A DNA stretch of 64,000 nt from Basidiobolus meristosporus CBS 931.73 (taxonomy: Eukaryota > Fungi > Basidiobolomycota). Positions within the stretch are counted from its first letter, which is position 1; every line of letters begins with the position of its first letter. Under the pieces are notes generated by a model. It was not told the origin of the DNA. It worked only from the letters and a program-made list of their open reading frames with translations, and ran no database searches. The stretch lies in assembly GCA_002104905.1 (NCBI GenBank), contig MCFE01000033.1, positions 124,001-188,000 of the forward strand, read 5' to 3'. The translations under genes were made by a program, and so were the position numbers. Below are positions 1-11,002 of this stretch, in pieces.

Positions 1-1040
1 AAAGTTGAGGCACAAATGTAGATGTCCAGCCTGTATTGTGCAAATTGCATGTGGAATTGTGTGCATGCAGCTTCCTTATCCAATCCCCTCACTCACGGCT
101 CATTCTTGATTTCAATACTTGTCTGGTAGTATATCTTCTTACATACATCTGCTGGCATCTTGATGTAGAGCTCTTGCCACAGATCACTACTGGTATTCTT
201 CCATATCTGTTGACTCTCTGAGGCATTCAGTTCTGCTAGATTAATGATTAATGCACAGATATCTGTATTCAGGCTCATCATAGACACCTGGGCCATACTA
301 AAATATTTGGCAAGAACTCAGATGGATTCAACATTGACATTTCTGGTCAGGACTGTGCTTATGAGCTGGGGGACTGGTTTTGTCTGGGTTTGAATAATTA
401 TACAGTAGTATATTAGCATCAACCTGGTCTTATCTGCAATATATGTGAGGACTAATGTGATTGTTGAGTTTTCCATACTTTGTATGATGCCTCTTGAATT
501 GTATTGACATGGATCAGATCACATCAATTGAGGATTTCTTATATTACTATAGACATATGATTAAAGCATCAATAAAATCACCAAGTTATTATTTGAGGAT
601 AACTTTTGCAACATAATGATAGGATATATGGCAATTGATGGATATTCAATCATATTGCATAGAAAATCAGGTAAATTAAGCTGATTGCACCAAATCAATT
701 CATGTTACCTGTACTTGATCTCATACCAATTTTGATATGGCTTACTCATCTGAATGGTCTTTTCTCATTAATCCCATCACTACCACTGGATTTCCATTTA
801 ACACATTAAAGAAGATCTATACCAATTACTGTGGACTATCTGCCCCAATCTACTCAAGGAGATCTCTTGTTAAGTGTCTCTGCTATTACATGCACTATTG
901 CCCTACAAGGTCAAACCCCACTATCTATGGTAACAAAAGTCCTAAAAGTGTTCATTCCCAGCTGGCAGCAATGGGGAAACACCATGCAGAGGGTATGAAT
1001 GACCCAGAGTAAGCTTGGAATACTAGATTGTGATTCACAA
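1..1040. mobile_element. Degraded PIF/Harbinger-like element, inverted copy of the element at ~7.8-10.3 kb (ORF2 remnant on minus, transposase N-terminus on plus)
   Basis: 93..296(-) MAQVSMMSLNTDI...IKNEP matches ORF 9010..10257; 737..1012(+) MAYSSEWSFLINPITTTGFPF matches 8078..8650(-); the spacer also aligns; both ORFs have premature stops. Confidence 0.8.
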
Positions 1041-1044
1041 ATTG

Positions 1045-1510
1045 TGCTCAAGGTATTAGATATACACTGATTTTACTACAGCTTACCACCCTCAATCCAA
1101 TGGAATGGTTGAAAAGGGACTTAGTCCACCAGTCAACTCTCTAGTCAAGAATTTGGAATATCACACTTTACAATGGCCACAACCACTATATCTTGCCCTT
1201 TGGGCAGGTAGAATTACTACTAAGAAAACAACTATACCATTGCCACTAATGCTACTCCATAGAATAGACTGTAAACAACCAGTTGAGTTGGATGTTGTCA
1301 TGTGGGACTCATTAGAATAGAAATCTAATATGCACACTGAAGACCTCCTAGCCACATGTATACAGCCGCTTGAACACCATGATTTAAATATCAACAGAGT
1401 TGCTGAATAACTTAAGGAAACTTCTCTGATGAGTAAAGTGCCCTTTGATATGTCACACTCAACAAGACCAAAGCAATATTGACTAAGAGACCCATTGAAC
1501 CTCATGACCT
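1045..1510 (+). mobile_element. Ty3/Gypsy integrase C-terminal remnant
   Basis: Frame of ORF 1105 extended upstream reads FTTAYHPQSNGMVEK, then LYLALWAGRITTKKT...PVELDVVMW; in-frame stops follow. Confidence 0.75.
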
Positions 1511-4500
1511 ACATGGCCTTGGCATAACAAACATGTAAAACAGATTTAGAAAGGTCCCAAGAACATGTGTTTAAATTTTGGGGCTGTCTGGACAACTTTG
1601 TGAACTTTTGTGTTTTAGATACATGATGTCTTTGTGAGATTATTTTTGAGTAGATCCCAACTAGGAAATTGGTCAGTATTCTCTAGAACATGTAAATAAT
1701 GATATAAGTGACTAAGTTATGTCAGTATGTAGGTGGAATTACAAATTTTTACAATTAGATTTCATGAAAACTTGGTTAAGGTTTTTCATCACAGCAAATA
1801 AGTGGCTTTTTGTTGGTTCCCTTCTGGTTCTCTCACTTTTTGATCCCAGGCACTCCATTGCCTTCTATGTTTCTGTATATAGATTGATAACTGCCTCTTT
1901 TTGCACTCCACACTTCCTAACTCCAACAGTGAACTTACTTTAATGCATACAAATTGGCTTATTTCTGTTCAGTTGTCAGGTGTAGCTTGATTTCCAGCTG
2001 TACTAACTTATACAAGTCCCTTTACCCAACACTAACATTGAGCTCAGCCAAACACTCAACAAGTAACTCCATCCACATCCCCCATTAAATGAGCATTTTA
2101 GCCATAATGCCCTTTTTCCATACCTTTAGTGGGGATCCCACTGCTTTATGCCATAGTTCATTCACTGGTTCCCATATGTCTTGGTCTTCAGCCAGCACTG
2201 CAAAGTCTAGCTCCTTGCCTGTCAGTCTTTGCAATAGATTCTTGCATTATTAAAGTGCATTTTTTTGAGCACTGCTCTCAAAGAAGTTCTGCAACCTCTT
2301 TGCATACCTGCTAATGTTCCAAGCTCCACTGTAAACATTGTAATAGTCTTTCACATTCTTGACATCATTGCTATGTCTGTTAGTAGGATCTCCACTGTGT
2401 CACAATGGAGGGTGTGGAGCCAGCAGTAGATGATTACTTTTCTCTGCAAACTCATCTACCTCACTGGAGTAGAGCTCAACTGGCTGTGCTCCAAGCTCTT
2501 GAGAAAACAGCTGCTTTCTTGTTGAAAATTCTTCTTGGCTATTATGGGATCCAGCCTGTTCTGAGCTGATAGCATTTATTGGTGAGACCTGCAACTTTTC
2601 TTTACACATCCCTCTCTGGCTTGTTTAGTCTTTTTGCCTTTACCATTTCTTTTATCACTGTCAGTTCTTTTGCTGCTACTCTGTCTGAGTGCTTCTTGTA
2701 TTAAGCTGCATTATCTCCCTTACAAAAAATAACTTGGTCCTGTGGGTGGATCCAATTCAGATCAGCCATCAGGATCCTGTTTAGAGACTGTCATAATACC
2801 AGCAGCTTGGATTTGCAACCCTCTTGACAATCTCATGACAGGATCACAATGCCATATTGCTGATTTTACTGCCAAATAAAGCTATAAAACTTGAGAGGGT
2901 TTGATTGGTGCTGTGGCAATAATTGGATGGCATTGTTGCAGTCTTGTAGCACTCTACAGCAATTTAAATGGATCTAACTGGCCAGGACATCTAATTGTCT
3001 TATATGGCAAAAATTCTTGATGGTTTATCAATGGCCTCACAGCAAGAATCTGTAGGCATTACTAAGGCAGTATGTTGGCCTACAGTAAGTTCTGTATACT
3101 ACTACCATACCAATATACCAAATGGTATCTCCTTTTTCTACCTCCCCTTGTGCAATTCATCTATCCACTGTAGAATCACCCCTCTTGATTTGCTTACACA
3201 CTTCTACCTTGAGTTTCCACATATAGTCCAAATCAAAAAAAACTATGGCCTCCTGCCTACTAACCTCTTCAAGCATGCACACCTGCCACTATATACTCCT
3301 ATCACCTCAACTTTACAGCTTTTTAGTGTGATACTTGCAAAGTTGTCATATTCCCTGTATTGCTGGTAACATTGACATCTTGCAAACATATGCTTGGATG
3401 TCACCACTTCTGCCATGTATACCTCCTGAATATCCGTCAAGAACCTCTTAGTATTTAGCCAATATATTCCTTCTCCCTACTGGATTCTAGTCCCCCTTGT
3501 AGATGTGCTCTGGCTCTTGTTTGTGTGAATTCTGTATTCAATGGTGTAGAAGCTGGCTTATGACAATGAGAAGTCTGGCATACCATGGAAGAGTTTTCCT
3601 AGTAAAAGTAGTTACTTGTTGCACCCAGCCCAACTTTGCATTACTTAACTGATTACCCATGCATTGGGGCTGCTTAGCTTCTTAATGCCATAGACATAGG
3701 TGTCTTCATGTGCACATCTGTCCTCAGTATTTTGCAACTCTTCCTGGCTGTCCTCCATGTGACAACTCATCACATCTATGACAGACTTGAAGGTAATATT
3801 CTTGATGAGATTGGAATATGGTAGTACCTGCAACTTGACTCACCTTCCAATCTCCCTACACCTCTGCTCCATAGGAAATTCCCAAAAGGTGAAGCAAGGC
3901 CCAATATTCACCACATACCTAGCAAAATAGAGTAGAGAATGGCTACAGTAGCAGCAGAGACTTACATGTTCAGCTTTAGGCTTGTAGTATAGCTGCTCAA
4001 ATCCCATTAGAAACTCCTCACACAACACCTGAAGATATGTCAAGTTGGCATTGTTGATCTGCTTCTGGATAAATAATCCTACAATGTGCACATATGACTC
4101 CCAATGCATCCAATGTACTCTTGGTAGGAATGGCTTCAGAACACCACTTGAATAATTACATATCCAGTTCATCCAGTCTTTGCATTCATATTGCTGCATA
4201 TCCATATGAGTATTGATTGGAGCCTGTGAGAAGTACTTAGGGTAGCAGATACTCTGTTATATCTAGCCAATTCTTTCAGATTTCTCCAGTACTTTGAAGG
4301 GCTCATTTAACTTGAAATGCCCCATGTACAACTTTGTCATCAGTATAGGGATATTGTTGAGAAGCAAATGCATTGCTCCCAGTGGAAGGCTTTTGCTCCA
4401 ACAGATACCTGCTATCTGAAGTATCACTGGTCTCCAATTGATTCAATTTTCTGGCCAATGGCTTATAGCTTGCCAGGTTTGCTGCAATTGCATTCTAACT

Positions 4501-4616
4501 TCTGTATGTTCTCTCTACAGGTAGATGATATTCTTAGTGTTGGTGTTTGGGTTACAATAATGTGTGTGAGTTATGGAGTAAATCCCCTGGATCACACACA
4601 TTTGACAGCAATACTG

Positions 4617-4888
4617 TCCATTGTGCCTGGAAAAACCTGCTATCTTGCTGATGGCTGGGGTATCTCCAATGCAGATAATAATATGCACTTTTACATGATG
4701 GCCATTTACCATTATCCTGCTGGAAAGCATACAAAACTCATCCAGCAATAGATGCAGGTATCCATTGTACCCAGAAAAACCTACTATCTTGCTGATGGTA
4801 GGGTATCTCCAATGCAGTTAATAATATGCACTTTTACATGATGGCCATTTACTGTTATCTTGCTGGAAAGCATACAAAATCATCCCGC
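4617..4888. repeat. Direct tandem duplication, period 144 bp, inside the CACTA transposase relic
   Basis: TCCATTGT...GCTGGAAAGCATACAAAA occurs from 4617 and again from 4761, with a few substitutions. Confidence 0.85.
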
Positions 4889-5971
4889 TGTAGTGGGGTG
4901 ACAGTGACACCCACTGACAGATGTGCTCATTCCCTTATTTTCTACTTCCCTATATCTCTACTACACTTATTTTAGTTTTATCCCATTTGTCTTACCCAAT
5001 CAGTGCTATCCCATCAGCCGGTTGACTATCACACCTGCTTACCTTATTGCATAAGTTACCCCTCACTTTATGTATGATTACTAGCTACAAGTACTTCTAT
5101 ATTAGGCAAGTACCCGTGCCAGTACCCGTGCCAGTACCCGTGACACATGATCAACCTGTGACACCATCCCTACCATTTCCATACCATATATGGTATCCCC
5201 ATGTTACACAGGTTTCAGAATACTGATTCCTGATTGGTTGGATGTGCTGTGCCTCTTAGAACCTTCCGGCACCTACTCAGAACATTCTTAGGTCATTCTG
5301 ATGTCATTAAGATTTCTATTGATATCCGGAACCTTCTGGAACACCATGATTAGTAATCACTTAGCCAGTAAGAAAAGTATCTAAGGGAGGCTATCCCTCA
5401 ACAATAAATCATCATCCCTTTTATCAATATACCAACTTGTTGATTAGTGTGATCACTGCTACCTGCTGCTACCTGAACTTCCAACCCCAGACTACAGGAC
5501 ACTCCCAGGAAACCGTGCTGACAGCCAACTGACCTTGGAGGCACTACTTGTGAGGAATACTCAGAGTAGGTATCTTGTATTATATTTGATTCTTTCCCAA
5601 GTTTGTTCTTGTACAGGCAAAGATACTTTTCTGTCTTTGTAACTATTGACCACAGCTGCATTCTTATCAAGTCCCTGCTGGTGGAGTTTACAGTTGTTTT
5701 GACTTTGGAAGCTTTAGTACATTGTCATCTCAAAGGACACTGAGCCCAGCACATACTTTTGTTAAGACGCCAACTAACTTGGGGATTGTAGCTCAATAGT
5801 TTTCCCTTGACAAGCTTGTGGCTTTATTCCCCTTCACATTAGATTAGAGACAGAACCCAAGTATTCCTAGCAAGCTTTTGCCAGAGGTTATTGCACCCAG
5901 TGAACACCCCACACACAAAACACTTGAGAAGTGTTGGACGTATCTCTCCCTTGGACTTATACACCACCACA
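4889..5971. mobile_element. Solo LTR (~1.08 kb), 4-bp TSD CCGC
   Basis: Starts TGTAGTGG, ends CACCACCACA; CCGC at 4885-4888 and 5972-5975; highly similar to 6770-7830. Confidence 0.88.
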
Positions 5972-6769
5972 CCGCAATGGACACAGGTAGCTATCCAGGT
6001 TGGATGGTGATTTAGGCCAGGATACTAGTGAGTCTACCATCAGATTATTGCTCTGATACCATAAGATGGGCAGCAGATTCAGATTGATGAGAATCAGTGG
6101 CCAGCAGGATTTGCTGGTAGAGTACTGGTTTAATGAGATTCCATCAAGTTCTAAAGCAAAGGCCTGGTCATACATACCTTCAAAGTAACCCTTGCCTCTT
6201 AGCTGTTTGTAATGTATGCCATCAAATATTTAGAATATGTTTGCGCTTGATTGATACATACCAATATAGAAGTATCAACTGGCCAGCAAGATAATGTTGG
6301 TGCAGTAGTGACCAATGAATGGTCAAATATGACTTGGGTTGCAAAACACTGGCCATGATCCTTGTAATACTTCCTATGCTGTCTGCGTGCTTCATGGCTG
6401 AGAGGCTTGGCACAATAGCCACATGGTCTTTTTTCTCTTCTCTTATGGTGTTGAGTCAAAGTGGTCTTGTCCATGGGGCAAACAGTATGACCTTCAACAA
6501 CATAGCGCTATTATATCACTTTTTGGTCAATAATCATGTGAACTTAAGACAGTTTTGTGTTTGAGATATTGCACCTACATGAATGTAAGATTCAATGATG
6601 ACCTGCCATAGTATGCATTATGAATAAAGTTGTGGCACAACAAACACACATATATGTAACACTATTTCCCCTTTGGCTTGACTCACTTCCATATATATGC
6701 TGCCAAAAAATAAAGCAAAGTTGTCTGGCTCTCAACCAATCCCCACCACTGACAGCAACAGAAGAACAG

Positions 6770-7830
6770 TGTAGTGGGGTCACAATGACACCCACTGACA
6801 GATGTGCTCATTCTTATAGTTTCCACTTCCCTATTTCTCTACTACAATTATTTTAGTTCTATCCCATTTGTCTTACCTGAACAGTACTATCCCATAAGCC
6901 AGTTGATTATAACACCTGCTTACCTTGTTGCATAAGTTATCCCTCACTTTATGTAAGATTACTAGCAGTAAGCACTCCTATATTAGGCAAGTATCTGTGC
7001 CAGTACCCATGACACATGATCAACCTGTGTCATCATCCCTACCATTTCCATACCATATACAGTATACATATGTTACACAGGTTTCAGAGTACTGATTCCT
7101 AATTGGTTGGATGTGCTATGCCTCTTAGAACCTTCCTGCACCTACTTAGCAGATTCTTAGGTCATTCTGATATCATTAAGATTACCATTGATATCTGGAA
7201 CCTTCTAGAACACCATGATTAGTAGTCTCTTAGCCAGTAAGAAAAGTATATAAGGGAGGCTGTCCCTCAACAATAAGTAATCATCTCTTTTATCAATAAA
7301 TCAAATTGTTGATTAGTGTGATCATGGCTACCTGCTGCTACCTGAACTTCCAACCACAGGACACTCCCAGGAAACCATGCTGACAGCAAACTGACTTGGA
7401 GGCACTACTTGTGAGGAATACTCAGAGTAGGTATCTTTTATTATATTTGATTCTTTCCCAAGTTTCTTCTTGTACAGGCAAAGATACTTTTCTGTCTTTG
7501 TAACTATTACCACAGCTGCATTCTTTCAAGTCCCTGCTGGTGGAGTTTACAGTTGTTTTGACTTTGGAAGCTTTAGTACATTGTCATCTCAAAGGACACT
7601 GAGCCCAGCACATACTTTTGTTAAGATGACAACTAAATTGGGGATTGTAGCTCAATAGTTTTCCCTTGACAAGCTTGTGGCTTTGTTCCCTATTACATTA
7701 GATTAGAGACAGAACCCAAGTATTTGTAGCAAGCTTTTGCCAGAGGTTATTGCACCCAGTGAACACCCCACACACAAAACACTTGAGAAGTGTTAGATGT
7801 ATCTCTCCCTTAGACATATACACCACTACA
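6770..7830. mobile_element. Solo LTR (~1.06 kb), same family, 4-bp TSD ACAG
   Basis: TGTAGTGG...CCACTACA terminal inverted repeat; ACAG at 6766-6769 and 7831-7834. Confidence 0.9.
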
Positions 7831-7834
7831 ACAG

Positions 7835-8650
7835 TTGGACAACAGGTTGCTTTGACATTCAGTGCAACAAGCAGGGCTACATCCAAAAAGGCCCTGTGGA
7901 CAGTGTGCTCATTGAAGGTAATAATGCAAACTCCTCAGGCTCTCAGTCAAGCAGGCAATTGAGAACCTCTGCAGAGCCACAATCTGACCGTTTTGCTCAG
8001 GCAGATGAGAATGTCTGGCTTCCTATAAGCTGTAATACATCCTAATCTCTGGCCATCCTCTCCTATTGAAGCTAAGTCTACCATACATTTCCCCCTCTAC
8101 TGAATTCAGGATGATTCTCTACCCAGAGTGCTTTGTCATGCCTACTTGCAGCAAATGGCCCACTAAACCAGATGATGTTACCCTCAATGTCAGACAGTGC
8201 TTGAAACTTCACACAGTGTGCCTTGTACTTGCCAGAATAAAAGTGTCTCTGCCCTCTAGAAGGTCTGTTAATCCTCACTGGGAAGGTATCCAAAATACTC
8301 CTGATATGGAACCTGTTGCTGAACACTCTGGGATATGGAAGTCTATTGGAGCTTCTGAACCTAGTATTCCAAGCTTGCTCTAAGTCATTCATACCCTCTG
8401 CAAGGTGGTTCTCCATTGCTGTCAGCTGGGAATGAAAGCTTCTAGGACTTTTGTTGCCATGGATGGTGGGATGAAACCTTGTAGGGCAGTAGTTCTTGTA
8501 ATAGCAGAGAAGCTTGACAAGGGATCTTCTTGAGTAGATTGGGGTTGATGGTCCACAGTACTTGGAATAGATCTCCTCTAGTGTGTCAAAAGGAAATCCA
8601 GTGGTAGTGATGGGATTGATGAGAAAAGACCATTCAGATGAGTAAGTCAT
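7835..8650 (-). pseudogene. PIF/Harbinger-type DDE transposase (DDE_Tnp_4-like), frameshifted; 3' end interrupted by a solo LTR
   Basis: ILDTFPVRINRP, YSGKYKAHCVKFQ, GPFAASRHD; after a frameshift near 8080, DLASIG..GCITAYRKP and HRAFLDVALLVALN. Confidence 0.75.
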
Positions 8651-9009
8651 ATTAAAATTGGTGGATGATCGTATAAAGGCGGTTTGAATTGATTTGGCGC
8701 AATCCGCCTTATTTATCTGATTTTTAATACATTATGGTTAAATCTCCATCAATTGCCACGTATCCCATCATTATGTCGCAAAAATCATCCGCAAACAATG
8801 CCTTGATACTTTTGTTGATGCTTTAATCATAGGTCTATAATCAAATAGGAAATCTGCAATTGATGTGATCTGATCCGTGTCAACGCAATCCAAGATGCAT
8901 CATGCATAATATATGGAGATTTCAACAATCACATTAGTTTTCATATATATTTCATATAAGACCAGGTTGATGTCAATATACTGCTGTATAAGTATCCAAA
9001 TCTGTTGCT

Positions 9010-10257
9010 ATGGTCCCCATACCAAGCCTCAACTCATCTTTAGTACAACCCAGACAAAACCCATCCCCCAGCTCACAAGCACGGTCCGGACCGGAAAATT
9101 CAATGTTGGATCCGTTTGAATTCTTGCCAAATGATTTTAGCATGGCCCAAGTGTCTATGATGAGCCTTCATACAGATATTTGGGCACTACTGATTAATCT
9201 AGCAGAACTAGATACCTCAGAGAGTCAACAAAGATGGAAGAATTTGAGTAGAAAGCTGTGGCATGAGTTCTACATCAAGATGCCAGCCAATGTATGTAAA
9301 AAGATATATAACAAGACAAGTATTGAAATCAAGAATGAGCTGAGAGTGAGGGGATTTGACAAAGAAGCCGCGCGGGAGCAATTTTACGCGCAATTTGCAC
9401 AGTACGGGCCGGACGCGTCCGTTTGTGCCTCAACTTTGGGAACCAAAGAGATTTTGAATGAGTTTTTGCCTCAAATGACTAATGTACTACGTGATATATT
9501 AGTAGAGCTGAGTGGCTTCCGAGAGCAATATACACAGGACTCATCCAGGCAACAGCTCCAAAGTATCAGACAGAGGGTAAGTGAATACCTTGAGGAATCA
9601 GATGGTGAGCTTCAGGAGGAAGAATACAGACCGCGAGCAACATCATCCAGATTGCGCCAGCACACCTTGCTGGATTCCCTACCATCTCTTGCAACCACAG
9701 CGTGCCAGCGCACGTCAGTCCAGAGTACGCCAACACCGTTTACCGGAACGCCCCACCTTGAGTCAATGCGCGTCAGGTCAACATGCGCGCTTCAGAGCAA
9801 AACTACGAGAACTTGCCAAACTGCTCATTTAGACACAAGTCCATTGGAGCGGACCAAGTCGTGTCAACTTGCAGCATCACATCAAACTCAGCCAAGGGCC
9901 ATCTCAACGCGTCAAGGCGTGCCTGCGCGTGCCATTTTGCCTGACCATCAGCAAGTTACTTCTGGTGAACTGACTGATGATGACCAACATGAAGTGCCTC
10001 AACCACCGGAGCCCTTGGCAAGTAAAAGAATGCGTCAGCGCGTGGCACTACAGGCCGGTTCAGTTGGTTCAGTTGGAGCGATTCAGCGCGGCCAAGCTGT
10101 AGCATTGCACTCATCAACTAGGAGGCAAAATACTGACTACAAATACACAAGTAGCCAAGATGATAGTCAGCCAGGAAGTAGTATAGGTGTGCAAAGTGAG
10201 TCACTACCAAATGCTTCAGTAGTAATCCCTGTGAGAAAAAAACCCAGGAGAAGATGA
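9010..10257 (+). CDS. Harbinger ORF2-like protein (putative N-terminal Myb/SANT-like domain, long low-complexity tail); alternative start ATG 9103
   Basis: Uninterrupted 415-aa ORF divergent from the transposase; WKNLSRKLW...MPANVCKKIY resembles Myb/SANT-like helices; two-gene layout is typical of PIF/Harbinger. Confidence 0.6.
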   Translation: MVPIPSLNSSLVQPRQNPSPSSQARSGPENSMLDPFEFLPNDFSMAQVSMMSLHTDIWALLINLAELDTSESQQRWKNLSRKLWHEFYIKMPANVCKKIYNKTSIEIKNELRVRGFDKEAAREQFYAQFAQYGPDASVCASTLGTKEILNEFLPQMTNVLRDILVELSGFREQYTQDSSRQQLQSIRQRVSEYLEESDGELQEEEYRPRATSSRLRQHTLLDSLPSLATTACQRTSVQSTPTPFTGTPHLESMRVRSTCALQSKTTRTCQTAHLDTSPLERTKSCQLAASHQTQPRAISTRQGVPARAILPDHQQVTSGELTDDDQHEVPQPPEPLASKRMRQRVALQAGSVGSVGAIQRGQAVALHSSTRRQNTDYKYTSSQDDSQPGSSIGVQSESLPNASVVIPVRKKPRRR

Positions 10258-11002
10258 TGCAATTGCTTTGAATTGCTCACATTTGTAATGATCCCAACAA
10301 CCCTTTTTTTTGGCGATTAGAATTGTGCTGTTGCAACTCAGTGTTCATCAAATTTTTGATATAAGTAATATCAAGGTTGTCTCACATTTGAGACAGAACC
10401 CCTATAAATAAACACCCTGCATATATATACGTCATCTGTAATACAAGTGCATCTATTGGATCTGTTTTGCACCTACACAATCACTTGCGTGCTGGCTATG
10501 ACACCTTGTCCAATCACTAGGATCAGGGATTTACTTGCTCAATGAGCAAAATGGGATATTTGATGGCAAATCAGGTAGCTTTTTTGGTAGTCAATGAGCC
10601 AATTGGGGGCTGCCAGCTTCAGGATACTTTTGGACCAATTAACCACTGAGATACCGTCCAATTGGAGTGAGGGTAACCAAAATGGTAAGTATTAGTGTAG
10701 TTTATAGTGTGATACACATTTATTTCCATTTGCATTAAAGAAACATATCCAAATACCGGATTTTACCTGCCATAATAGCGGTATCCAATTGCGCATGTGA
10801 TGCAAACATTACAAGTTGGCGCAATCATCTGTTCCAACCTCATTGTGTCAGATTGTGCCATAGTGTGCAAGATCGTCCCGCATAGTGCAAAATCGTCCAA
10901 GAACAATCCTTCCTTCTGGTAGCTATAATATTGCGCCCAATTGTTCTTTGCAACCGCAGATTGCACCGCACGCCCTGGCACGGTACAATGAAACAAGTCT
11001 AT

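Larger units (their letters stand above)
3000..6480 (-). mobile_element. CACTA/EnSpm (Transposase_21-like) transposase relic, interrupted by a solo LTR
   Basis: Fragments in N-to-C order on minus: ALELDG..KSCWPLILINLNL..PKSPSNLDSYLCPL (5957-6175), GDTPAISKIAGFSRHNGQYCCQMC (4515-4748), HSLLYFARYVVNIGPCFTFWEFPMEQRC (3840-4205); termini not found; limits approximate. Confidence 0.75.

Noticed and set aside
1560-3000. Short ORFs in CpG-free DNA left of the CACTA relic
   Set aside because: Probably decayed TE sequence, but no motif could be assigned with confidence
4889-7830. A non-autonomous LTR element (TRIM/LARD) with two LTRs flanking an 800-bp core
   Set aside because: Each LTR has its own TSD, and the intervening DNA is CACTA and Harbinger sequence
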